Positions 52,649 through 64,000 of a DNA stretch of 64,000 nt are shown here, piece by piece; the first letter of the stretch is position 1; each line of letters opens with the position of its first letter. Position numbers and translations under genes: made by a program. The DNA comes from Mizuhopecten yessoensis. Lineage: Eukaryota. Under the pieces are notes generated by a model. That model had not been told where the DNA came from and ran no database searches. It saw only the letters and a program-made list of their open reading frames with translations. The DNA is taken from NCBI RefSeq assembly GCF_002113885.1, contig NW_018480050.1, positions 306,286 through 370,285 of the forward strand, written 5' to 3'.

Positions 52649-53847
52649 GTTGTGACCCCCTAACATTCAACGATGGCACGCATGTCCCAACTTAAGGATG
52701 CGTGTCCGTTATTTCTAAAACGATTTACTTCAACAGACAATAGCCCTTATTAATAATACGAGTTTATGCCTCTCGTCAAATGCAGAAACACATTTCGGTT
52801 ATCAACGGTTTAAAAGTTCAGTGTCATACATTAAAATCTATTTCCATTTGTTTGCAGATAATCCTCAACCAATTATAAAACGAGTTATTTCAACTCATAT
52901 TATATCACGGAATTAGATTATCCAGAGACGTATATAACATATGTCCGTGATTATATTAATGAGGATGTTAGCGCGTGGGGGTCTTAGTGTGGAAGGAAAC
53001 CGGAGTACCCGGAGAAAATCCACGTCGTCGTGCAGGTGACCCTAACCTCAATGTTCACGTCCGATCGGGGAATCGAACCCCGGCCGTCTTGGTGAAAGGC
53101 AAGTCAATGTGCTATCCACTGCACCTACCGACAACGTACCCCGCAATCATATGATTGATTTAAGGGCCGTTTTCGGTCGGACCGTAGTAGTTCGTTTATT
53201 AAATAACGTCGGACCTAGTAATCTGTTGCTGCTTTTATGCGCGTCTCTGTTAGTATATATATGCGAGCCTTGACAAAGCCTAACAAGGCCTCATAAAAAT
53301 GTGCAGGTCCGCCAGGATTTATACCCGAAATTGATACATTTAAAAACGGAAAAACCGGTTGTTCGCATTTAAACGAAAAGGCCCTAGTTTTTTTCCTGGT
53401 AATGTTACTGTACCACCAAAACGCACATTTCCCATTGTATATGCACAGGTTACAATTTAATTATTTTTTTTGGTTTTCATCACATGCACTAAAACAATTT
53501 ATGACTTAGGCTACTAAAACAAGCCTAGAGCATGAATTGGAAAGAACAATAATGAAATGCAAAAAATAAAAATTAAATCATTGTACGTTAAAGAATCCTT
53601 AAAATAATAAAAAAAAATGAAATATTACACGAGGATATCACAGAACTCACGAAGGCTCTGTAATATTTATAACACTAAAATATTATATCATAATTCATTA
53701 CTTAAGCAGATGTATTTTTTTGCATCAAACTTGTTTTTTTCTTTTTCTTTGTTCATTTCGTGAATAACATAAAGTGATACTGTGGCGTATCACACTTTAC
53801 AGTTTTTTGCTGCGGTACTATTTGTTTCTAGGCGAAAGGAAACAAAC
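52649..53847. promoter_or_regulatory. Divergent (bidirectional) promoter region between TUFM and LRGUK
   Basis: Start codons lie 1.2 kb apart on opposite strands, with more CpG visible near both starts. X-box-like gtttctaggcgaa at 53824. Confidence 0.55.
52975..53135 (-). mobile_element. tRNA-derived V-SINE-like element
   Basis: Minus strand: A box ggtgcagtgg, B box ggttcgattcc, then V-domain-like ttttctccgggtactccggtttccttccacac. Confidence 0.7.
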
Positions 53848-56800
53848 ATGGCGGAAAACGGTGCATACGCGGAGCACTCTTCTCCAGTGATTGAAGGAAA
53901 TGTTGTCCATGTAGGAGGTGAAACTCACGTACTGAATTATGATGCCAACATTCTATCTCTAGACAACGTGATAGATAATTCAGATGTCATAGATAGAGAG
54001 GAGATCATCGACGAGATAGACGATGCAGATGATGAAGTTGATGAAGAAGATGTTGAGGTAAGAACAAGTATTCATTGATGCTTTGAAACGACTGCATTTA
54101 CATATCTTCTTCTTTACTTTACGGGGGCTCCATCAAAGTTGACGTTTATGCCCTCGGGGGTCCTATTGCAGAGGCGTGAAAAAGGGGGTTGTTTACAGTG
54201 ATTATATTACTTGTTGTTGTTTTTTGTGTTTTTTGTGTGTGCAAGGTATAGATAAAAGATAAAAGCTGACGTATGTGTTTAGCGTGTGATGAGGGCTTCA
54301 AGGGCTGCATAGGGTAAGTGTGCCTTGAAGTCCTCTAGTGTTGTGCATTGTACTAGCTGCTGTGCATGCTATGGGAAGGAGATTCCATTGTGTTATTGTG
54401 TGTAGGAAGAATGAATATTTGTAGGTGTCCTTTGTAGCAGATATGTGTTTGTATGCGCGAGGGTGTGCATGTCTGGTTCGAGGGTCTACGGATGTGAGTA
54501 TGTGAGTTGGGTTTATGGCTACTGTTTGGTGTACAATTTTGTGAAAAAGGATCAATCTTGTGTGACAGCATTCGGGGGGTGCTAAGCTTTACTTGAAGCA
54601 ATGACTGTCATCAATATAGCCTGAGTTTCCTCTGGCCCTAACACCAGACTTAGACATTTTGACAGATAGATGTCTGGTGTGGGGCCAGAGCGCACTGCTA
54701 TATGAAAACATGGAATTATCCAACACTAGCCTAAAAGGTGTCGGAGAGTTTTGAGGTGCTGACAACAAATATTGACTATGACAAAAACACATACCTCACA
54801 TATATCGATAAATGGATTATTTATTGATCCAAATCCACTTTTATTATCACCAAGAGCTGCTAAATTCCATCAGAAGTGTCCTCAGTTTACATTTGTTCAA
54901 ATTTTTTCACATGAGCGGACACCATTTTTGTAGGTCAGGGTAGTGACTAATCAACAAGCTGTACTGATCTTGACCGAAAACGTAATATATAATTTTTGTT
55001 TAGAAAATGTCCGGTCCGCCTAAGTCACTACCCTGACCTACAAAAATGGCATCTGTTCAGTTGACAGAGATATGAATAACATTTCGATCCATATATGGAA
55101 ATATGGGAACATACAAACAAATAGTAATTGAAGTGGGCACCAAACCTGGTTCACAGATATTTCAAAGAGACCCTACAGTGGACTTACCGACTATCTACAC
55201 TCTATCGAAAAATATTTTTAAGTAGAGAGTTTGTTGGTTGGAACTATACTCATATCCTTAATATCAGACTTGAAACATTTGATGATGTCTGATCCATAGA
55301 AATCTGCCAGCTGCGAACAGTATTTGTCAAAATGGGTCAAGTCTTGTGTTTGAATAAGAAGTGTAACAAGAAAGGAAAAATGGAACAGAAAGACTTGAAC
55401 TCAAACCAACTGGATGTGTAAACTCTTAGGTAGACCCCCTAACACCCTAACACCCTAACCAATACAGCTAAAGGTATGCCTTGTCGCTCACGATCCAGCC
55501 ATACCAACTGGATCTGTAAACTCTTAGGCAGACACCCTAACACCCTAACACCCTAACACCTAACACCCTAACACCCTAACACCCTAACCAATATAGCTAA
55601 ATGTATGCCTTGTCGCTCACGATCGAGTCATACCAACTGGATCTGTAAATTCGTAGGCAGACACCCTAACCAATATAGCTAAATGTATACCTTGTCGCTC
55701 ACGATCGAGCCATACAAACTGGATCTGTAAACTCTTAGGCAGACACCCTAACCAATATAGCTAAATGTATACCTTGTCGCTCACGATCGAGCCATACCAG
55801 TGGAAGGCAGACACCCTAACCAATATAGGTAAAGGTATGCCTTTTCGCTCACGATCGCGCCATACCAACTGGATCTGTAAACTCTTAGGCAGACACCCTA
55901 ACCAATATAGCTAAAGGTATGCCTTGTCGCTCACGATCGAGCCATATGCCTTGTCGCTCACGATCCAGCCATACCAACTGGATCTGTAAACTCTTAGGCA
56001 GACACCCTAACCAATATAGCTAAATGTATGCCTTGTCGCTCACGATCGAGCCATACCAGTGGAAGGCAGACACCCTAACCAATATAGCTAAATGTATACC
56101 TTGTTGCTCACGATCGAGCCATACCAGTGGAAGGCAGACACCCTAACCAATATAGCTAAATGTATACCTTGTCGCTCACGATTGAGCCATACCAGTGGAA
56201 GGCAGACACCCTAACCAATATAGCTAAATGTATACCTTGTCGCTCACGATCGAGCCATACCAGTGGAAGGCAGACACCCTAACCAATATAGCTAAATGTA
56301 TACCTTGTCGCTCACGATTGAGCCATACCAGTGGAAGGCAGACACCCTAACCAATATAGCTAAATGTATACCTTGTCGCTCACGATCGAGCCATACCAGT
56401 GGAAGGCAGACACCCTAACCAATATAGCTAAATGTATACCTTGTCGCTCACGATTGAGCCATACCAGTGGAAGGCAGACACCCTAACCAATATAGCTAAA
56501 TGTATACCTTGTCGCTCACGATCGAGCCATACCAGTGGAAGGCAGACACCCTAACCAATATAGCTAAATGTATACCTTGTCGCTCACGATTGAGCCATAC
56601 CAGTGGAAGGCAGACACCCTAACCAATATAGCTAAATGTATACCTTGTCGCTCACGATCGAGCCATACCAGTGGAAGGCAGACACCCTAACCAATATAGC
56701 TAAATGTATACCTTGTCGCTCACGATCGAGCCATACCAGTGGAAGGCAGACACCCTAACCAATATAGCTAAATGTATACCTTGTCGCTCACGATCGAGCC

Positions 56801-59800
56801 ATACCAGTGGAAGGCAGACACCCTAACCAATATAGCTAAATGTATACCTTGTCGCTCACGATCGAGCCATACCAGTGGAAGGCAGACACCCTAACCAATA
56901 TAGCTAAATGTATACCTTGTCGCTCACGATCGAGCCATACCAGTGGAAGGCAGACACCCTAACCAATATAGCTAAATGTATACCTTGTCGCTCACGATCG
57001 AGCCATACCAGTGGAAGGCAGACACCCTAACCAATATAGCTAAATGTATACCTTGTCGCTCACGATCGAGCCATACCAGTGGAAGGCAGACACCCTAACC
57101 AATATAGCTAAATGTATACCTTGTCGCTCACGATCGAGCCATACCAGTGGAAGGCAGACACCCTAACCAATATAGCTAAATGTATGCCTTGTCGCTCACG
57201 ATCGAGCCATACCAACTGGATCTGTAAACTCTTAGGCAGACACTCTAACCAATATAGCTAAATGTATGCCTTGTTGCTCACGATCGAGCCATACCAACTG
57301 GATCTGTAAACTCTTAGGCAGTCACCCTAACCAAAATAGCTAATTGTATACCTTGTGGCTCAGGATCGAGCCATACCAGTGGAAGGCAGACCCCCTAACA
57401 AATATAGCTAATTGTATCCCTTGTTGCTCACGATCGAGCCATACCAGGGGAAGGCAGACACCCTAACAAATATAGCTAATTGTATACCTTGTTGCTCATG
57501 ATCGAGCCATACCAGTGGAAGGCAGACACCCGAACCAATATAGCTAAATGTATCCCTTGCCGTTTACGACCGAGCCATACCAGTGGAAGGCAGACCCCCT
57601 ACCCAATATAGCTAAATGTATCCCTTGTCGCTCACGATTGAGCCATACCAGTGGAAGGCAGACACCCTAACCAATATAGCTAATTGTATACCTTGTTGCT
57701 CATGATCGAGCCATACCAGTGGAAGGCAGACACCCTAACCAATATAGCTAAATGAATACCTTGTCGCTTACGATCGAGCCATACCAGTGGAAGGCAGACA
57801 CACTAACCAATATAGCTAAATGTATACCTTGTCGCTCACGATTGAGCCATACCAGTGGAAGGCAGACACCCTAACCAATATAGCTTAATGTATACCTTGT
57901 CGGTCATGATCGGGCCATACCAGTGGAAGGCAGACACCCTAACCAATATAGCTAAATGTGTACCTTGTCGCTCACGATCGTGCCATACCAGTTCCACTAC
58001 AAAAGAAATTCAGGCAAATTGGACTCAAGAGAAAGCCTTTATGTGCTTGAAGCAAGAAATTGAAAAGCTATTGGATGTTATAATACGATCTCACACAAGA
58101 ATGATTCAATTACTGACTAGTGAAAATATTCCAGTGCATATGATGCTGATAGTTATATTATTGACTAATTGCGGAAGTAATGTAAAGGAAATGAAAATTG
58201 CAAACCAACACCGGGATTTGAACCCTGGACCACCAAACTCTAGATGGGCACTCTAACCCATTGAACTACGGGTCAGTAGTGATTGACCCAGTTGTGTTCT
58301 GGCCTCCCTCCCTCCTTTTTCTAGGTCTTCTTCCCCTAAGACTACACTATTTACAACCCAGATTTATTTGGGTATCAGTTTGCCAAGTATACTTCCGGTG
58401 CTTGAAATAAGAATAGGTCACAGGCACCACATGCATGAATTAGAAGAAGAAAAATATGTCTGGTTTATTACTACCTGTTGATTTTGACAATGCATTTGAC
58501 TCGATAGATTGGAGTTTTATTCATAGGTCTTTAAAAAAAATCAATTTTGGTGAATCTTAAATGGGTACCTATTTTTTATCATAATGCAAAAAGCAGAATA
58601 ATTAGAAACGGATATTTTTCCTCATTTTTTTATGCACAACGTTGATGTAGACAAGGGAATCCCATCTCCCCATATCTATTCTTGATAGGTGATGAAATTT
58701 CGGCTATACAATTGAAAAAAAATCAAATTTATAGAAGGTGTACAAGTAAACAATAGAGAATATTTGCTTGGTCAATATGCAGATGATGCCTTTTTATTCC
58801 TAGATGGTTCTTCAAAGTCATTGTCAAGTACTATAACTGACTTCAGTATATTTTCTACAGTGTCTGGACTTAAACTTAATATAGATAAGTGTCGGTTGAT
58901 ATGGATCGGAAACAAGAAATACTCAGAATTTAAGAGATTTTATGCCTCGAACATAAATTTGACTTGTCTTCGAAAAACTTTAAACTTCTTGGTATACATT
59001 TTTCTTTGGAGTTATCTGAAATCATTGAATTAAATTTTAAAATAAAGCTATCAAAATAAGAAAATTGCCTGGAATGTGGTCTAAAAGAAATCTGACTCTT
59101 TTAGGAAAAACCACAGTTGTAATATAACACTGGTACTACCACTTATAACACATTTACTGTATTCACTGCCAAATCCAGGTAAAAAAGTGGCTATGTGAAA
59201 TTAATGCAGTTTTCTATAGAATCTTATGGGGTAGGAAATATAAAAAAAGACAACTAATGTTTTCTGAAAAGATGTTATTTTAGCATGGAAAGAATATAAA
59301 GATGATAATAATGAAATATCCAGTTTTCTTGGTGATCTTTTGAATTATATACCAGTTCCTAGTTTCAAACAGTTTATTGAATCGACAGGAATTGGTTGGA
59401 GACAGTTAAGGACTTGTGAGACAATAATTATAATTCAATGACATTAAGACTAAAAATGCATTTATTTTTTTACAATATTTTGCATTAACAGACAACATTC
59501 CACGAGAAAATTTAAACATATCACAAGAACAACCATTGATAAACAATCAATCAGAAAACAGTAATTTTTTAAGAAGACTTCTTCATACTACAGATCATAG
59601 ATATGTTGATAAAGCGCTAGTTGCTAACTATAAACAGTATCCAGTTGAAAGGCAGGAAAAATGGAACTTATGTAATATGTAGCAGTGTGTACCTGTAAGT
59701 GAGTACATGTGTGTGTGTGTGTGGTATGTAGGACTCCTGTAATATTTTTTCACCTCGATAGTGTGTTTACTTCATTTATAAATACATAGCATGTACATGT

Positions 59801-62333
59801 AGTTAAATTTCACACGATTGTACACTGTTTATGTTTTTGTGTCTATGTATATGTATATGTTGGGTTTAAATTGTGTATACATTTGTATTTGTACATTTTT
59901 ATTTCCTCAGACATATTTTTGAGTTATCCAAATTACACATGAAAAAACAACATATCGTTCAGTAACATAAATTTGGTTTAAATTTGAGTAAAATATACTA
60001 ATCACCAAATCAAGTAAGCAGGATTTTGGCATATAAATTAATTTATAAATATGAATGTACATGTACTGTCAATATTTGAATATGAATAAGAGGAATGGTT
60101 TGGGTAATTTAGTATATCATTTTGATCAAATTAAATGTTATTATTATTATTGTAATGAATGAGAATGAAAGAATGAATGATTTGGAGGTTGAGAGAAGAA
60201 ATGAAAAAGAAAGAGAGAATGAAGGGAAAGAGGCCTCCTGCTTGAGGCTACATTATGTAAGAGGGATGAGCCTGGGGGGGTACCCCAACCCTGGCAACCC
60301 GGGGCACCCCAACCCTGGCATCCCTCCCAAAAGATGCTGGGGGAATAAATTCCAATTTGAACCTAAAAAAAAAATAAAGGTCACAGGCGCCACAGTAAAA
60401 AAATGCCCAGCAACACTGGGTTCGAACCTAGGACCTTTGATCTCTATATATACAGACATTCTAACCTATTTAGCTACCAGGTCGCCGGCAATCACAGTTC
60501 ATTTCTGCTACATATAGAAATTATTGCTTAGATGGAATATGAAATTACCAAATACTGGCAATCATTATGTTTGGGCAACAAAACAATTAAAAGCAACAAA
60601 AAAATAAACAACAATGTTCCTGGTACTGACAAACAAAAACATTGCCAAACAATGTAGCTTTTCAATAATATTCCTTGTAAACTGTACGTCACACTTAATC
60701 TGTATTTTTCATTCACTTCTCTGGTTAATCATTATATTGCAGCTATCCCCTGGAGGAATCTTGGATGAGGAAACTGTTGGCCGAGGTCTGTCTAACTTGG
60801 GACGATCAGCTGATGGATCCATGCAGGTCTATCTACATGTTACAGTGCCGGTAAATATCAACAACAGTTTGTTTGAATAAATACAAAGTCAGACTCACGG
60901 TAACACCTGTTCATGTTTCAAGTGTTTGCCCTTTGAAACATCACAGTTTTTTCAAAGAAAAAATAAAGTATACAGGGAAACATGTAGCAAACTTTGGTCT
61001 ATCTTTTTAGTTTTAATAGCATTCAGAATTCAGGAAGCTCCATAGCTAGTGAACACAAAAGGATAACACTGTTTTTAATATATATATAGCTTTAAAAATA
61101 TATATTTTGGGCTCAGTTTTGTAGCAAAGTCAAGGTTATAGCTGAGGGTCAAAGGTGAAGAAGACTAAACAGTCTTTCTAGATGTGTGTATCACAACCAG
61201 TCTATCACCGTCGTGCTCTTATCTAGGTCAAAGCCAGAGCTAAGGGTCAAGGTCAGATCATTGTATGCATGTCAGGATCATAGCTTGTAAATGATTATAT
61301 TTTGTTTAATAAATGTAAAATATGAAAAAATAGCTTTGTGCTTAATTTATTACTGTAATGGTCAAGTTCCTAAATATTAAAATTCTTAACTCCTTTTAGG
61401 CTCTTGAGAGTGTAACTGAATTATGAAAAACAGATTTTTTTCTGTTACATGTATCTTTATAAATACTATTTTTTATTTCTTTTTATGTTTAAGTAAATGC
61501 CAAAAGTTTTAAAAGTAAAATAGTTTAATACATGAATTGTTTGAAAGTTAGGATAAAAATGTGAAAAAATCTAAGACAGGTAACATTCCAAGAACCTAAA
61601 GTAAGTTAATAGGGTATTTCTATTTTGTTTTTTCTTTTCTTTTCAGACATCTGACCAAATATCTTTTCAATATATATATAAAGTTTATCACTGATTTTTG
61701 ATATCTAATTTTGTGGGTGTTTTCATTTGCATGTATTAAAAGAAAAATGACAGTGATGGCATATCATTTTGCCTGATGTCTTTTGAAATGCTTCAAAACA
61801 ACAAATCATAATGTAATTAATAAAACAGGCAGGAAATAATAATCTAGAATAACAATCATTGATTGCATTTGAACGCTTCAGAATAAAATCATTTTAATTT
61901 AATAGATCTAAAAAAATATCCAAGTTAGTATTGTTCTTTTCTGTCTTTTATTATATCTAAAACAAATCCATATAGAAATTCATCAGGCTAGACCTCATAA
62001 AACCTGTTTATGTTATCATATGTCAAATACAGAAATTAAATTATTAAAATTCATCATGTAACAAAAACAATATAATGAACATGAACAGATATACATTATA
62101 CACGTATTACATTATACACGTATTACATTATACACGTATTACATTATACACGTATTACATTATACACGTATTACATTATACACTTATTACATTATACACG
62201 TATTACATTATACACTTATTACATTTGTATTAAGAAGATTTCTTTTTTCAGGGTTTCAGTCTTAATGATATTTCAATGATCAAAATGTTTGTCCATCTTC
62301 AAAAAGTGGAGCTTCCATACAATGAAATAACAG
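53848..62333 (+). CDS. LRGUK: Leucine-rich repeat and guanylate kinase domain-containing protein, first three coding exons; continues beyond the window
   Basis: Exons 53848-54057, 60743-60850, 62252-62333 (phases 0,0,1). Acidic N-terminus, then GILDEETVGRGLSNLGRSADGSMQVYLHVTVP/GFSLNDISMIKMFVHLQKVELPYNEIT, matching recalled LRGUK (GVLREEAVAKALHHLGRSGSGTEQVYLNLTLSGCNLIDVSILCGYVHLQKLDLSANKI). Confidence 0.85.
54300..54560 (-). mobile_element. 3' remnant of a CR1/L2-group LINE ORF2
   Basis: PRTRHAHP...YKYSFFLHTITQWNLLP resembles the SFFxRTxxxWNxLP C-terminal motif. Confidence 0.65.
54912..55059. repeat. Short inverted repeat or mini-MITE
   Basis: ccatttttgtaggtcagggtagtgact ... agtcactaccctgacctacaaaaatgg: perfect 27-bp arms with a spacer of about 74 bp. 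Confidence 0.8.
55391..57990 (-). repeat. 68/82-bp tandem satellite (about 36 copies) derived from a tRNA-SINE head, in LRGUK intron 1
   Basis: Plus-strand unit ccataccagtggaaggcagacaccctaaccaatatagctaaatgtataccttgtcgctcacgatcgag. The minus strand carries TAGCTATATTGGTTAG in each unit. Confidence 0.9.
58200..58280 (-). mobile_element. tRNA-derived SINE head
   Basis: Minus strand: gtagttcaatgggttagagtgcccatctagagtttggtggtccagggttcaaatcccgg (A and B boxes, no intact cloverleaf). Confidence 0.6.
58430..59700 (+). mobile_element. Degenerate L1/Tx1-clade LINE reverse transcriptase remnant
   Basis: Frameshifted motifs VDFDNAFDSIDWSFI, CRQGNPISPYLF, QYADD and SGLKLNIDK, with stops. Confidence 0.8.
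60375..60492 (-). mobile_element. tRNA-derived SINE head, related to 58200
   Basis: Minus strand: tggtagctaaataggttagaatg...ggttcgaacccag...tggcgcctgtgacc. Confidence 0.55.
62091..62225. repeat. 16-bp tandem repeat, about 8 copies
   Basis: Unit tacattatacacgtat, ending about 26 nt before the LRGUK exon 3 acceptor. Confidence 0.9.
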
Positions 62334-62551
62334 GTAAATATGTTGTTGTTTTCACCCAAACTAAAAAATGATTATGATTTCAAAAAGATTTGGTCTGCAT
62401 ATGCCTTTTGTATAATATGCAGGTTACTTAGTGTCTACTGTCTGGAATAACTAATTCCAGGTTGCTATCAAAATTTAATGATTAAGGGTACAGTAATATA
62501 ATGTATGCATGTATGACCTGTCACTGTTCTTACTTAAATACAAATTCATAT

Positions 62552-63370
62552 TTATACGCCCGTCAAATTTGTTTGTCCGGCAATCTCCTCCTACATTTTT
62601 CGACCGATCTCTTTGAAACTTGGTATACACTATAATCATGATATGAAGTTGTGTCTCCCTTATAAGAATTTTGATTCGACATTTTTTCCAAAAGTTATTG
62701 CCCTTTGTTCATTTCAGTATTTGATTTTTGTCCGGAGATCTCCTCCTACATTTTTCAACCGATCTCTTTGAAACTTGGTATACATTATAGTCATGATATG
62801 AAGTTGTGTCTCCTCGAAAAGAATTTTGATTCAACAATTTTTGCAAAATTTACTGCCCTTTGTTTATTTCAGCATTTGATTTTTGTCCGGCAATCTCCTC
62901 CTACATTTTTCAACCGATCTCTTTGAAACTTAGTATACATTATAATCATGATATGAAATTGTGTCTCCCTAAAAAGAATTTTGATTCGATAATTTTTCTA
63001 AAAGTTATTGCCCTTTGTTTATTTCAGTATTTGATTTTTGTCCGGCAGTCTCCTACATTTTTCAACCGATCTCTTTGAAACTTGGTATACATTATAATCA
63101 TGATATGAAGTTGTGTCTCCCTTAAAAAAAATTAGATTCGATGATTTTTGCAAAAGTTATTGCCCTTTGTTCGTTTCAGTATTTGATTTTTTTTGTCTGG
63201 AGATCTCCTACATTTTTTGACAAATTTCTTTGAAACGTAGTAGGCTAAATAATCAGGGTATGTTGTTGTGTTTCCTTGAAAAGAATTTTGATTTGATGAT
63301 TTTTGCAAAAGTTATTGCCCTTTGTTCATTTCAGTATTTGATTTTTTTATCTGGAGATTTTCTCCTTCAT
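62552..63370 (-). mobile_element. HINE-like element with about 5 internal repeats of about 158 bp
   Basis: Starts ttatacgcccgtc, followed by tandem units tttgtccggcaatctcctcctacatttt...aaagttattgccctttg. Confidence 0.65.
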
Positions 63371-64000
63371 TTTTAGCTCACCTGGCCCAAAGTGCCAAGT
63401 GAGCTTATGGCATGGTGCGCCGTCCGTCGTCAACATTTTACTTTAAACAACTTCTTCTCAGTAACCAAAAGGCCTAGGGTGATGATATTTGGCCAGAAGC
63501 ATGTTGGGATGAAGGGCTACCAACTTTTTTCAAATAAAAGACCTTGATTTTTATTCAAGGTCACAGGGTCAAATATGTTTAAAACCTTTAAACAACTTCT
63601 TCTGAATAACCAAGAGGCATAGGGTGCCTAAATTTCGCCAGTACCATGCTGGGATAAAGAACTACCAAGTTTGTTCAAATAAATGACCTTGGTTTATATT
63701 CAAGGTCACAGGGGTCAAATATCTTTAAAACCTTTCATCAACTTCTTCTGAATAACCGATAGGCCTAGGGTGATGATATTTGGCCATTAACATGCTGCGA
63801 TGAAGGGCTACCAGGTTTGTTCCAATTCATGACCTTGACCTATATTCTAGGTCACAGGGGTCAAATATGTTTAAAACATTTAAACAACTTCTTCTGAATA
63901 ATCAATAGGCCTTGGGTGCACAAATTTGGCCAGTAACATGCTGGGATAAATGGCTACCAAGTTTTTTCAAATAAATTACCTTGATTTATATTTAAGGTCA
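63371..64000 (-). mobile_element. HINE-like element in reverse orientation, truncated by the window end
   Basis: Hairpin ttttagctcacctggcccaaagtgccaagtgagc, a cgtccgtcgtc tract, then repeats of about 145 bp containing ttcaaggtcacagggg. Confidence 0.7.

Noticed and set aside
55437-55590. Interstitial telomere
   Set aside because: The unit is the 8-bp CACCCTAA arising within the satellite unit, not (CCCTAA)n.

Overview
AT-rich, intron-rich animal genomic DNA, probably from a bivalve mollusc. That assignment is an inference from the Helentron/HINE-like repeats and the V- and Deu/CORE-type SINEs. One assembly gap lies at 37011-37557. Genes reconstructed by hand from GT-AG exon chains with consistent phase: (1) the 3' six exons of INTS13/asunder (+, 123-3490); (2-4) a head-to-tail cluster of three paralogous 6-exon genes (-) for secreted proteins of about 290 aa with two FAS1 (fasciclin) domains (6844-10316, 13327-20134, 27206-35814); (5) a two-exon mitochondrial EF-Tu gene (-, 44492-52648); (6) the first three exons of LRGUK (+, from 53848), head-to-head with TUFM. 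The rest is minisatellites, HINE-like elements, SINEs, LINE remnants and nested MITEs. The main observation is that tandem duplications repeatedly copy exon-intron junctions. About 75 copies of the exon-4 donor lie in FAS gene B, about 38 copies of the exon-4 acceptor (with branch point) lie in FAS gene C, and three older degenerate cases lie in INTS13. In the four cases that can be checked, using a decoy site leads into an in-frame stop.
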